Source of the DNA: Takakia lepidozioides
Taxonomy: Eukaryota; Plantae; Bryophyta
Direction of reading: 5' to 3'
Length of the DNA stretch: 64,000 nt
Assembly (NCBI GenBank): GCA_030704615.1
Contig: CM060731.1
Coordinates: 21,018,001 to 21,082,000, forward strand
In this document: positions 24,926-38,387 of the stretch, piece after piece
How the letters are laid out: each line of letters begins with the position of its first letter
Numbering within the stretch: the first letter of the stretch is position 1
Position numbers and translations under genes: made by a program
The notes under the pieces: generated by a model
Databases searched by the model: none
What the model saw: the letters and a program-made list of their open reading frames with translations, nothing else
What the model was told of the DNA's origin: nothing

Positions 24926-27900
24926 GTTTCAATACATGTACAAGCGTGGAAGAAGATAGTAGCTTATTGACTAAAAGGGATATCTAGTGTGGGAATGGGG
25001 TTTTGGATTTATCTCTGTTGGTGAAACTTGCGTTGCAAGTGCTCCAGAGAAATTGGGTTAGCAGTTTTAGGATTTCCAGGCTAGAAATCATTCTTCATGT
25101 TTAGGTAACTTGACCAACTTTGACAGATAGATGACTGTCATGGTGTGTAGTGTAGTAGAAGCTTGCAGCAAGCTCATCAGGAAATGCTTGTCCACAGCAC
25201 TTTTTAGGCCTGCAATCTGTGATTGACCGACAAGGGTAGTGTCCTGGCACTTGGGGCTTCCGCACAAGCTACATCCAACGAGCGGTGCATCTGATATATA
25301 AAAAAAATCAGACAGGCATGGGCATGATCGCCCGAAGTTTTTGAAACCCATCACAGAGTCTGCCATATCTGAACCACATTGACCGTTGAATGTGAGAGGT
25401 AGCTTCAAGCAGCTGCCCCCACATCCCACCATCACTACCATGACCTAAGCACACAAATCATTTCAAGCCAGTAATCAAAAAGTTTTGACTACACCATAAC
25501 TTCCCTGTCTTTACAGGGAGGTGAGAATTGGCAACCATTAGGGGGGCAGCCCCTAAACAAATCTCAAACTGGGGGTGACTTTTCACGCGATCCGCCCGCT
25601 GTTTGGTCGGTGCCCGTGTCCCGTCCGTGCCCGTGTCCCTACGTCACGGGCGTTATAGAAGCTAGCTATTCTAGATAATCTTCTTTACTTCTAACAGGAA
25701 TTTTATTTACTTTATCACGTCTTGTTGGCCGCTTCTTTTACTTTTTCGATTTGCAGCTTCGTATGTTGTGCTTTTCTCTCCATATACACATATGCTATTA
25801 AAAAAATTTCAATCAAGACTAATGTATATAATGGGAGACAAGACAACCACCTATTCTTGTTATTATTATGATTATTTGAGTAAAAGGGGATGAAGCCCTT
25901 TGGAGCTTTATTGAGTCTTATTGATGGGAAAAAAATTAAAAGCCTTGAAGGCCCGAAGGCTGCCATAAGGCCTTTACGGCCTTTACACAGAACGAATCGT
26001 GATAGAGATATATATATATTTTTTGGCAGTGTAATTTTAAACAAGTAAAGAAGTATCGAAATCCCAAAAGTATTCAGATGTGACTTAAAGAGATTATCTT
26101 ATTGTTAGGAAGAAGTATACCCATGCGGGGACACCCATGAATTGTTGGGATATCTGGTAACATGACCCTTCAAAGCTAGCCGGAAAGTCTTGCCTGAGGT
26201 GGCAAAACTCCACCAGTTTCTATTTACACTTGTTTTTTGCTTGAATTTCATAAATTTCCTGGCACCCCTTCCTATGCCACTAATCCCCTAGATGACATTT
26301 ATATTTATTTGAAGTTGGTTTAGGTTCCAAATTCTAATTTTCTAAGGAGCCCCCCTTGCAAAGCCCACCAAAGTGAGGTGGAGGTGGAAGAACCTTATAA
26401 ATTATAGCCCTTACCCTCTTTATATACTGTCTCAAGGTGGTGATGTAGCCTTCTAGAAGGAGGCGCCGCCTCATCCTGCTTATGGAAAACCCTAGAACTA
26501 GAAGGAGGGCCCACCTCCTACTCCTATGCTAGGCCTATCACCCATTCAACAGGGGTGCCCTCCCTCACCATTGGCTCTCCAATCCTCTCCCTTTTTTCGA
26601 CCTTTAGGAATAGCCTTGCCTGCTAGAATTTTTATTGCAAATGTCTCACCAAAAGAATTTCTCTAAAACTCACAAGTTTTATGTGTTTTGTGTGCATGGA
26701 GGTCTCTATTTTCAAGCATTCGGATATGTAGGTGTTTTTGAACCCCTCTCAATTCAGCTACAAAAGGAGTCACTTTGCAGATAGCTTCGTTTTGGCTGGA
26801 ATTTGGAGTGTTCATGATGACCTACCCCAAGATTAGGAATTCTAAGGTTTGACACAAAGATTAAATCATAATGCTTGATTATTGCATGGTCAAAGAAAAA
26901 ACTAGAATTCCAGTTCTTTGTGAAAATGATTTTGTCCCACCAAAAACATTATAATCTTGTATAATCCGTGGTGGATTCCTCCAACATTTGATGAGGAGTT
27001 GCAGGTATTAGTGATTATGAAAAAAAATGAAATGAAAAAAATGAAAAAAAAAAACATGCTTTTGAAGGCATGACTACACAAAGGATTTTTGGAGTGTGGT
27101 ATTAATTCCAAAAATTGGCAAAGCCAATTAATCCAACTTGTCTATGTTCCCCAATTCATTTGGGGAATTTGGGAAGGCTGAAAAAACGGACAAGGCAGGC
27201 TCCACATCTGCTCAGACAAGCCAGCATCGGGTGGGAATAGCCAATCACGTGGGATTGCGGGAGGCTTGGAGAGAAGGGAAGTGGGTCAGCGGGACGTAGA
27301 CACATGTATTGTTAGGTGGTTGGAGTGGCCAACGGGCTCGCATGTATGACTGCATGCAAATGAGGCGGTGGCATTGAGAGGCGGTGGGGCCCAACATAAT
27401 CAGCAAAAGCTGGGGAGCAAGAGGCTAGAGAGGCGAGTTACAGTGCAACACAATCAGCAGAAGCAAGGGAGGGGGAGGCCTAGAGAGGCGAGATACATAG
27501 TGCAGTGATCATAGCGACTAAGGTATTGCTGAACCATGGGACTAGCGGATACCCCTAAACCGATCACGCTGACAAAGGGTCATACAGAAGGTGTCAACGC
27601 GGGTCTTATAAAAATCGAGTCCATGAAAGTGTTGGCTAGAGATAAAGCCATTGCAAATAGATGCTTGGGCAAAAAAAATACTTGAAATAAGCGTCACTAC
27701 AACGGTAGCAGGAGTAGACATCGATCCAAGTTGTCTCTAAAAAATGGAACATTTTCTTTGAACACAATGCGTGTCAAGTGTTTGTTCACTGGAGAGAGGA
27801 GGGACTTTGTTTCATGGCCATCTACAAATGTTTACGTATCAGGTTTGATCATGCTCAACAAACAAATTAAAACGCTTTAGGTTGGGACAATTCAAAATAT

Positions 27901-29624
27901 GCACCAGCCAGGCATCATGTGCACTACAAGCTATTACGAGGCAAAGGCCTACACACATATATTGGCATAATCGGATACTGTCTCAAAGACATCGACGAGC
28001 CAACATTTCCACTTCGTCTACGTGAACGTTAGCTATGAGGAGATACAAGATGGAATGGATCATGAGTATACAAAGTTTGGTGCATGCTTCGGAAAAACAA
28101 AGGTTTGCCTCTCACACCAGAATATTTTGGAGAGAGCACGCATGTGGTGCATATACAAAATGAGAGGGCAATTGAATTCAAGGGTGCCACATGTTCTCCT
28201 CCTTACGATGAAGTCTGGTCAGTATTTCCCTTCTGCCAATTGGGTTGTACCGGTTAAAAACAACCGAATGGATTTGGAAAGAGCATGTTCCATTTGGAAA
28301 TGTATGATGAGACCAATAGGAAGTGGAGATGGTAGATGTTGCTCAAGTGTTTTTTGAAGTCACTACACCATCTGCTAGATTGAGAAATTTGGCATGTATT
28401 TAGATTGCAAAAAAACTAGAATCTGAGCTTGTAGCACCGAATCGAATGATTTAAATAGTGTGCAATTTGGCAAAATGGATACAAGCCTCATCGATCAGTA
28501 GACATCTTTTATTCCACTGCGATGCAAACGATCTACTAGAAATCGGGGCATGCTTTTTTACTTTCATGTAAGAAAGTGCCAATGCTGTAATAAAGTGACA
28601 AAATGGGAACTCGTATCGCAATAAGACATTAAAGGTGTGTCGTAATAAGGTGACAAAAATTCACACCATCATCAAATTAAAAAATCTCTTATTATGTGTC
28701 GCATCACACTACACTTGACATGTGTAAATAGAATATACCATCCATATTTTTATGGATGAAATATGTAAAAAAGGTGTAGAACGTATGGTCAATTTGGTGC
28801 ATATTTGACAGATCAGATTATTTGTAAAGATACATTGTTCAGTTATGGTACAAATTTAGGGTTTTGTCGTGCACCTAAGCATCGTGCTGCAACATGCATC
28901 GCTGTCCACACACAATCTAAGCACACAATCCTAGAAAGTTATGCCACAATCGCCCCCCTAGCTGGTGATTAGGTCCCTCTAACACCAGATAGCTAACAAG
29001 TATCCACCCTAATATGATTATTGCTTGATTTTCAATCGCACAAGTCCCATTATCCGAAGTCGATAGATCAAGAGACCGAGTGTGCAAAAGTAGCCCCGTC
29101 GTTAATTGCCTGCCTACAATCCATGATCGTCCATTGAGCCTCCATGAGCCTCTCTCACCTCCATAGCTCTAGGTATTGAGAGAGAGTGTGGTGAGGGCTT
29201 TGTAGGGTGGATTCCTTCAGCAAAGGTGCCCTTGGCTTGACTTAGTTTATGTAATTGAGTGGATTCATGAGTAGAGTGTTTTCATTGTGTTCACTTTCAT
29301 TATCATTACAAGAGATGAGCCTCCTCAAGCCTCAAATGGAAAACCATCCCCATGTCCCATGTGAGGCTTGACACCTCACTTGGCATATGAGACCAAATGA
29401 AATCCCAAAACACAAAATACAAATATAAATGGTCCTAGTTAACTAGAAGTAGATAATTCTAATTAACAACCATGACAATTTCATCCGGCAGAAGACTTTC
29501 TACACACAAAAGTGTCATTTGGATTAGTGTAGAGATGGGAGTTTGTGACATGTATTCTTATATTCTTGCCCTTAATCACTTTAGGACCGATTAGAAATTA
29601 ATACAACAAGACAGGGCTACCAAC

Positions 29625-29735
29625 AGTCACTATCTCAGTTGGGTAGTGCAGTGAGTGCCACCCAGATGATTTTGGGATCAAATCCTGCTACGTGACGGGT
29701 GTGGTATGCTCTTCTTCCCCTTCCCTTGGTCCCAT
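29625..29735 (+). mobile_element. tRNA-derived SINE-like repeat, family B
   Basis: A-box-like tctcagttgggtagtgca and B-box-like gggatcaaatcc; homologous to 22160-22270. Confidence 0.55.
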
Positions 29736-31576
29736 TTGGATGCGAGGTTAGTGTGAAAAAGGTTATTTTCTCCTCTCACACTTAAGGGGCCTGATTGTGA
29801 GCTGTAGCTCCTAAGTGGTTCCCTTTATTTTTTTTTAAAGGAAAAAAGGACAGGGCTTGCAATTATGAATGTTGTGCATTCATTTATTTTCTTTTCAGAT
29901 ATGCTCATGTAGGTGTTTCCTTGGAAATATTTAAACAGTTATGAAGGGAAAATTTAGATATATTAACATTTGGAAAATATAACACTTAAAGAGGGCCAAA
30001 ATGGCACATAATTGATGTAATGGTTTTCACAACCTCATGATAAGGCTCAACAACCGGAAAGTAGCCATGCCCATCTTGGCATCTTCAAATGCTACTGGGG
30101 TTGAAATGTCAGTGGCAGCTATTTCTTTCTCCACCTCACCCCAGAGCTCCACTTTGAGAGTCCAATAGATTACCAAGTCCCCCGGGGTGTACATACTCCA
30201 ATTAGCTCCATGTTCTCTCCTACATATGACTCATTGGAGGCACAGTAAACTTAGGGGTGGGAAGCTGAAAGCTCAGCAGCAGTTTGGTCTCAATCCTAAG
30301 AAATTGTCTTTGCTTTTGTTTCGCTCTTTCTCCCTCTTTCGGTCATTTGCTTCTTGGGTGTAGTAAGTAAGGTGTTGTAAGCCTTCACGGCCCGCACGGA
30401 AAAAAATTTCCGTGCTCTCCTTTTTTCCAGCCTGGCTTCCATCCCCTGTTCATCCGAAAAGCGAAACAATCATCGTCCTGGACCGTACTCGCGGTCACGC
30501 GTCACACTACTGCAAGGCCGCGCGGCCGCGCCGTTCCCTGCCACTCGGAGGCCCGCAATTGCAAGCGCGGGCCGCCCGGCACGCGCACACGAGGTTGGTG
30601 CGGCCCACCCAGTACGGTAAAGCTGCCGCGCTGCTTTCGATGGCCTGCAATCGCCCTCGCGCCCACTTTTACTTTTACTTTTACTCGGGGTGGGCCACCG
30701 CACACGCAAGCACAAGTCGCTGTGTACGGCGCGGGGATTCGGTCGGGCCCGATTGGGCGGGGCTGCCCGGAGATGAACGGGCAGGCGGACGGACTGGTGG
30801 GAGGGTAGGGACCAAGCCTCCCAAGTGGGTGGAATATTTTTGACCTTTGGAGCAAGTGTAAGGCCAAGATTCTTAGATTCTGGGACCGATACATCCAGTT
30901 GCTCTCTTGACCCTTCTTTCTTTAGGGTGATCCAAGGGGCGCAGCCCGGGCGCGCCCTGTCGCCCGGCATTCAATGCAGGGCTGCGGTAGTGATTCTATA
31001 TCGGGAGTTCCCACGGCCGTGCCTAAATTTGAGAGCGCCGGAAGCCAAGTGAGGAAATTTTGGGGCGGAGGTACATTCCAAAAGTGGGAGGTACTTACTA
31101 CTTATTTGGGTACGGTAACGTGTCTCCAGGGAGGGTAACTTCTTTTCCTTACTAATCTCATTTCTTTTATTCTAGTTCTAGGCATCTCAGCAATCCTTCT
31201 GGATCCTTAGAACATCTCAGCCATCCACTGCGAAAAGAAATCCAATGTCTTTACGCAGGGTAAGTCCCCCACCTTCGGGGCCACACTGTGCCGGACACCG
31301 AGGGGATGGTGCCTGCGCCACGTCATCTGCACCACGCTGGCGCACAAGTGCTCCTGAGCAGCAGGGCCTAGATGACGAGGGCTGGCAGAAGGGCGCACAT
31401 GCTACGTCATCTGCACCACGTCATCTAAGTTACGCCACGCTGCTCTTGGGGACCGCCCTGCTGCCCACCCTGCCCGCACTGGCTACGGGCAGTTGTTGCC
31501 ATGACACTGTGGCCTATGCTGGGCCATACAGTGTGTCACGAGTATGTGGCTCAATGTAAGGCCAACTTAGAAGATA

Positions 31577-32298
31577 TCGTAGGTTCATAGCAGATTAGGC
31601 ACAAATTAAATTAAAAAAAGGTGCCTAAGCAAATCTATGATTTTTCAAGATTTATGAAAGAAAAATAAAAAAAAACCTAATTCAGTAAAATTGTCTAAAA
31701 CAATCCTACTCTATATAATTTCTATTGAAAACAAACAAACCCTAAAAAAAGTTTTTTCTACGTTGGAGACACTGTGGCATTCTTCGAGCTTTTGAGTTTG
31801 AGTTTCGGTGTCTATGAGAGAAAATTGTACAGAGCATTTGTTTTACAGCCACAGCTCCTCAAGTGGAGTGGAAAGGACTCATTTGTTTTACAGCCACAGC
31901 TCCTCAAGTGGAGTGGAAAGGACTCTTAGTTGCTGGGAGGTACCAGATTTCTCTATTGATGATGAGGTGGTGGAGATGTCCTTGCCTTGGAAATTTGCAC
32001 ATTGAAAGACTCAGATGCACCTGACTTGAATGGTGATGAAGACTTCAATGATGGATGTTCCAGATTCATTGGAAGGTCCTTTGGAGGTTGTATGGACCTA
32101 AGGAGTTGGCCTATACTTTTTGAACATTTATGGAGAGTTTGTTTGGGAAGGAGAAGTTCCAAGTGATGAAAGGTGCCTAACATCAAAAATTATGGATGAA
32201 AAGTGTCTAATTTACATTTTTTTTTAATTCCTAAAAAGAATATTCCAAATTTAATAATTATTAGGCACTGGGGTGCCTAATCTGCTATGAACCTACAG
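31577..32298. mobile_element. MITE with TA target-site duplication (Tc1/mariner-type)
   Basis: 24-bp perfect inverted core GTAGGTTCATAGCAGATTAGGCAC (31579-31602 and 32273-32296), with TA on both sides. Internal ~45-bp tandem duplication at 31835-31925. Confidence 0.8.
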
Positions 32299-32378
32299 TA
32301 TGCGCTATTGCCATTCAGTGGCGTCACTATCGTACAAGAGTTTGTTTTTCTGGTTTTATATGTGCATATAAATATCTT

Positions 32379-32911
32379 CGGTACTGACCTAGCTTATTAG
32401 GCACTTCCGTGCCTAATAATTAATAAAAATAGAATATTATTAGGCAGATACGTTTTTATTATTTAGGCACCCACCTAGGTAATTTCCAAACATTAGGCAT
32501 GTATTACAGTCGACCCTGGATAATAATGAACAATTGTTTTTTACCTCCCTCAAAAACTATAGTTGAGGTAATTTTCTTTTTAAAAAATATTCTCTCACAT
32601 CTAGAAGATTCACATGAGATAGGTGATGAGAGTTATGAAGATGTAGTTGCATCATTGCAGGGTCCTTTGGAAGTTGTGTGGGCATGAAATTATAAATTGC
32701 AGGCATTTTTGCATTTTTTGGACTTTAAATAATATAATTTAGGCAATTTTTCCACATATTTGGACATTTTGGTGTTTTTCACAATTTTCGAGCAAGTAGG
32801 CGCTTCTCAGGAAATTATTCCAAGTTTTAGGCACATTTTCAAAAATGTTCTAAATCTAATTAGGCACCTGATTTTGAATTAATTATTGCCTAATAAGCTA
32901 GGTCACTACGG
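32379..32911. mobile_element. Second related MITE
   Basis: Inverted core TGACCTAGCTTATTAGGCA (32385-32403 and 32887-32905); right end CTACGG|TA; internal TAGGCA repeats. Confidence 0.75.
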
Positions 32912-33429
32912 TATGGAAAGTATATAAAAATGTAATTACAGTGTGTTTATAGTGTGTTCACATTCTACTGAATATAGTGAATATATGAATGTGAATGAAT
33001 GTAGCATAGTTATGAAAAATATAATGAGAAATGACATACAAAAATTAAAAATATGGACAAATTATAGTACATTCATCTCTTTTTTCTAAATCTATTTTAA
33101 AGTATCATTTTTTTTTTTTAATGAGCTTGATATACATGAATAATTTTTATCTAAGTAATATTTTTATATCATGTTTATGTATTGTTCAACATGTTTTGTT
33201 TTTTCTAAATGACTTTTAAAAGAAAAAAAGAGACGTTATACCATTTTGATGTATATAATTGTTTACATATTCACTAGATATTGACGTAACATGTGTCACT
33301 AGTAGATAAAGTAGTGACCATATGTAACACATGTATTCTTGTACATTTTGACAACAATGTATAGCTTATATGAGTGATATACTTGTATCCATTATCAACT
33401 TAAGATGTATATTTTACATTCCACTAAAA

Positions 33430-33870
33430 TTAGGCAATACACTTTTGTGAATATGTATAAATTATCAACATCAAACGGAATACAAGCCTAGTTAAATCAC
33501 ACTTATATCCACACAAATGACATTCTTTAAATCCATTTTTGCACAGTTTTGTATCTGTGTATGGTGAGATATATGAATGTGCTATATACATTTGTGAATA
33601 TGTCTGAAATATCAACATCTAATGTAACAGTAGGCCCTACTTAAATCACACCTTTAAACCCATTTTTGTACACTTTTTCATATGTGTATTGCTTATTATA
33701 TGAATTTGTGTCATACACTTTTGTAATATACACGTAATATCAACATCCAATGTAATACTAATCCTGACTTAAAAGATGGCATTCCTATAAACCTTGTTCA
33801 TATGTTTAATGTAATAAATTATGTCATATATTTTTGTTAATATATTAGATGAAATATCAACATCCACAAC
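33430..33870. repeat. Degenerate AT-rich tandem repeat (~130-150 bp unit, ~4 copies)
   Basis: Recurring ttttgt(g)aatat..atatcaacatc..cctagttaaatcacac near 33440, 33590, 33715 and 33830. Confidence 0.6.
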
Positions 33871-34213
33871 ATTGAACACCAACCCATTTAAATGACACTC
33901 ATACTTACAGAATCTTATACATCAAAACATAACGTCTTTACTTCAGTTAGAATTGTTCGAGAACAAAACAAACAAATTCAACTAGAACAAGATATGATAA
34001 TATCATTTATACATAATATTACTCGTATATGTCAAGTTTATAATATTAATCATATTATTTATTATAAAGTTACCGAAATATCAAGTTTATCCTAATAAAA
34101 TATATAAATGATCTTTCAAATAAAAGAATGTAATGCACTGTAGCATCCATAATTTTAATTTTTGTATGTCACTTTTTCTTATATTTTCAAATATTTTGAT
34201 CATAGATATATAA

Positions 34214-34296
34214 TCCCGAAGCAAGCATAAATTATGGTGTCTCTTTATTCCGAAGGGCTACTGCCTTCCAGCAGGAAAGTGGACACCTTTAACATC
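34214..34296 (-). mobile_element. SINE family A, 3' half only
   Basis: Reverse complement matches the 3' half of 34342-34519. Confidence 0.65.
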
Positions 34297-34341
34297 ACTA
34301 TGCTACAATTCTAGCCAGGGACTTCCATGTCACTCGAGCTC

Positions 34342-34519
34342 GACAACCAGCATGTAGCCCAGTGGTAATAGGCACATACGACGTTGGATGTGGTTGTGGG
34401 TTCAACCCACGGTCTGGTGTGTCATGAAGGTGTCCATCTTTTAGCTGGAAGGCAGTAGCCCTTGTGGTGAAGAGACACCATAAGTTACGCTCCCTTGGGG
34501 AGGCATCATACTTTTTTTT
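34342..34519 (+). mobile_element. tRNA-derived SINE, family A (full length)
   Basis: A box TAGCCCAGTGG, B box GGTTCAACCC, 3' stem-loop and T-run end; near-identical to 38388-38561. Confidence 0.78.
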
Positions 34520-37314
34520 GACTCGAGCTCATTGTCGCTTGTGTGGTAAGGCCCTTAGTCCCCCAACCGTTGGCATACCACGGTGTGAGGGGAGTAGTCC
34601 GAGGCAGTAGGAACCGAACACCAACGTGGGCCTGCCTCAACGCACTGTCACAGACACTATGAGGGAACAATTTAGTGCCGGGCTGCCTAGCCTCCCACCT
34701 GCCAACAATTGGTGCCAAAGACTTCTAGAGGGGTGAATGGAAAGGTGTCCATGGAACCACCCCCTCTCATTTTTAAGGGGCGATTCCTTCCTAGGGGGCG
34801 TCCCCTAAGGGTCGAGTAGGATGAAGAAACCAACAGAATGTGGGAGCAAAAACAGGCAGAGGGGATGGCGAGAGATTATGAAGGGGAGAAGCAAAGTGGG
34901 GGGGAAAAAATGAGAAGAGCATACTACAGACTACAACTACAGTGCTACTACTATTGAGACATGGTGAAGCTAGAGGGCCCACATGCATTAAGCTGTTTAA
35001 TGAAGCCCCATCACACTTCTGGTACAGGGTGAAACCTAATGGCCTGCAGACACAATCTAAAACCTTGGCTCGGTTCTGAATTTGGGGTCGCGAGCTTTCT
35101 TGTGCCTCCAATTGAAGTCACCATCCTTCCCTTCACCAGGTGATTTCCCAGCTAGATGGGATGGTGTCTTGCCAACCAAACAGCATGTAATTAGTGTTAG
35201 TGATGGTTGATACATTATGACCAAGGGTAATGGGCATATACCACCTCGGAAGTGGTTGTGGGTTCAATCCACCAATTGGTCTCACTGGAGAGTAGGCCCA
35301 TGTCAGCGAAAACAAAACAATGCTACCACATGAGTGGCATTCGGGCACGAGAATAGATAGTTGAGAAGCAAAAATGAATGACTCAGATGAGCTCCACGGC
35401 GGGAAGGAGCACATCATGACAAATTTCCAAGCAACAGTCCTTGGAAATTTTACTTTCGCGGAGAGGCTCCTCATAAGCACCACGTCACATTGCTTTCTCG
35501 TTGCCGTTCCTCCCGTGTAGTAGGTGAGGGTGTCAGTTTACGATCCATCAACCAATCAGCAGGTTGCGGGGACTTCCACTGCCATTCATGCGGTGGCGCC
35601 CTAAGTTACCCCCTACAAACAAAACAATTTCCCAGTTTTTACGACATATTGTGAAAAGTTCATTGCCAAAAAACCGATGGAGTAATGTTTCTCAAAAGAG
35701 AAACCGGTGCAAATTTATAGAGAATGTTCTCCGGCTTGAGACAAGATTTTGTTATTTAGAGGGGGACATTGCCCCAAGACAAATCCACAATATTGTAACT
35801 CAGACTATTACATTGAATCACGAGCGGCCGCTTTGGGAGGTTCCCCTGATTATTTTGCCTTATGGCCCTGTCGAGGTTATTTTTTCCTCGATCCTTTCTA
35901 ATTTGAGAAACAAGGCCTCTGTCCCCTTTTGATTTTGATTTTTTTTAGAAAAAATCACAAGCTATTGAATCACATAGCTTTCGAACCTCTCACCCTTTCT
36001 TATCTCTAATTCTAATCTCTCACTATATGTAGAGCAGGCCTGATTCTAGAGTGGTCCAGGAATTACCGTGGCCCAAGAATTAGAGTGGGACGCTTACGGC
36101 CACGTGTATTAAGGAATGAGACCAGGGGGTCCAAAAAAAGAAGGGAGGAATTGGCCAAATTTAGAATAAGGAGTCTTGTAGGGTTGACATGTGTCAAGGG
36201 CCTTCTAGAAGGGTCCACCGCCCTGAGAGGGTATATAAGGGAGGGACCCCCTCTTCCTACCTACTAACTTACTACTTACTAAATTAGTAAATAGTGGGCT
36301 TTGCAAAGGCAGGGCCCCAAAAAAAGACAGCCAACATGAATCAATTTATTAATAGAAACCACAATACATGTATTTGCTCTTTCTGCTCTTTCTTCTAATT
36401 TAGCTATGGTCCTATTTGGTTTTGGGGCCCTTGAGGGAGCCCCCTAAATACTAACTAAAATACTTACTATATTTATATAAGGTGAGGAGTGAGCACATCC
36501 TTATATAGCCTTGGGAGGGGACGCTGGAGGCTTCTAGGAGACCGTGCAAGGCGGTGGTGGGCCCTTCCAGAAGACCCTACAGACTTCTAAAACAGCCCCA
36601 CGTGTCCTATCCTACATAAAGCACCCCACCCTTTGACACATTCCCACTAATTCCAAACCCATATAAACTCTAATCCTAACCCACCATTGGCTGCTCCAAT
36701 GGTGGGCCTATTTTTAACCTTTCTGAAATTAAACATTCTGCCCCCCTCTTTCTAGGTGTCCCTACAGCCCGGGCCCACCTGTCTACTCGACATCCCCCCT
36801 TTTCTCTCACGGCTCCGCGTCCTTCTCCTGCCTCTCCACTAGCCCCCCCAGTTCGTCGTGCTATCCTCTCACTCGCTGATTTTCCTTGATTGAAACTTGG
36901 GTTTACATATTTGTTGCAACCCGATCATTCATTTGTTGAGTTGTTCTACACTGGTTACTAGGCAGCGGCCCCCCTCTTGAGCCCCTAGGGCACTCAGCAA
37001 GGTGATTGTTCTTTTGCAGTTAATCTGATTTCAAGGGCCTCCGTTTCTTTTTTTAAACAATAAAATAAAAATCACAAGCCAGAACAAATATAATATCTCG
37101 AATATGTAAATAGCTAATTTTTTGTAGCTTTATTGGCCCTGCCTTCTCAAGGCAGAGAGCAGGACTACGCAAAGGGGTTAGGGCTGGCAAGGTTGAGGAA
37201 TCATTCAACGTTTTTGACAGACATACATAAAGATTTAATATTTAGGATGAATGGATAAAATATTTAAGTAATAGATGAATTTGGTGCATGTTTGACAAGT
37301 AGACAATTTACAAA

Positions 37315-37580
37315 GACACGTTTCTTTTGGTGGCAATAATGCATTGGCGATCTAATGCACTATCACTCTTGCGAAATCTTGCACATAGTGATCTAATGTT
37401 GACACGTTGCTTTTGGTGGCGATAAATATGCATTGGCGATCTAATGCACTCTGTCACTCTTACGAACTCTCGCATATAGTGACCTAACATTGACATGTTG
37501 CTTTTGGTGGCGATAATGGGCAAGCTCATGCATCTTGTCACTGTTGCAAATCTCGTATATAGTGACCTAACATTGCCACA
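37315..37580. repeat. ~85-bp tandem repeat, 3 copies
   Basis: Unit gacacgtt(t/g)cttttggtggc(a/g)ataa..gcattggcgatctaatgcact..catatagtga(t/c)ctaa. Confidence 0.8.
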
Positions 37581-38387
37581 TTTGTTTGTCAAAACGTGTG
37601 TGCAACAAGGTAGTGTATAGGGAGCTTGCTGTTTGACATAAGAGATTTGGAGTTATAGACAGGCAGGGTTTGCATGTATTTCCATGCATTTGTTGGCCTT
37701 GCCTCCCTAAGGCAGGACTACGCAAAGGTTTTGATGCTTAGCAACGATACTTGCAGTAAACTTTCGCATTAGTTCAAGCCAGATGTAGCGGGAAGATTTC
37801 ATCCATATATGTAAATGAATGAAATCCCTGTATGAATAATTTTATGCTTGTGTGATAGGCTATGCTGAGTAGAGTATTCCATGCATTTTGTTGGCTCTCT
37901 TGTAGATAGAGACTTTGCAACATGTTCAAGTCATTGGAGAAAATGTGGTCAAAGGACCTTACACCGTGTCAAGGCTCCGATTGGTGTGCTGAGTCATGCC
38001 CCTTACACTCACCTCCTCTATCCCTAAGCAAGAGAGCCCATCGCCATTTAGGCTTGTTATATATACATTTGAAATAAAATAGGTGTATGTAATTAAATGT
38101 ATATAAACTAGAGGTTATAAGAACTGATGTCACTCTTGACTCTAGAGGTTGGTGAACTTCAAGCCAACGACATTAGCTCAAGGCATATTGTGTCTCATGC
38201 CAAAGGAATCTTTACCTATGCTTTTGGAATATTTTGGGATTCCCAGCTAGCTCTCTCTCTCTCTCTCTCTCTCTCTAAACTTTAGGCTCTAGCCAAATTG
38301 TTGCGTTTATCTATTCTCAAGGGATTATGCAATGAAGACATCTATAGGGCCTCATCCTCAATCGCTCCTTTACTCAATTCCTTCCAG

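Noticed and set aside
30412-31559. Several 100-166 aa ORFs on both strands
   Set aside because: Expected by chance in a GC-rich repeat; no recognisable domains.
37315-37580. CRISPR-like array
   Set aside because: The whole unit is repeated with no unique spacers, there are no cas genes, and the context is eukaryotic.
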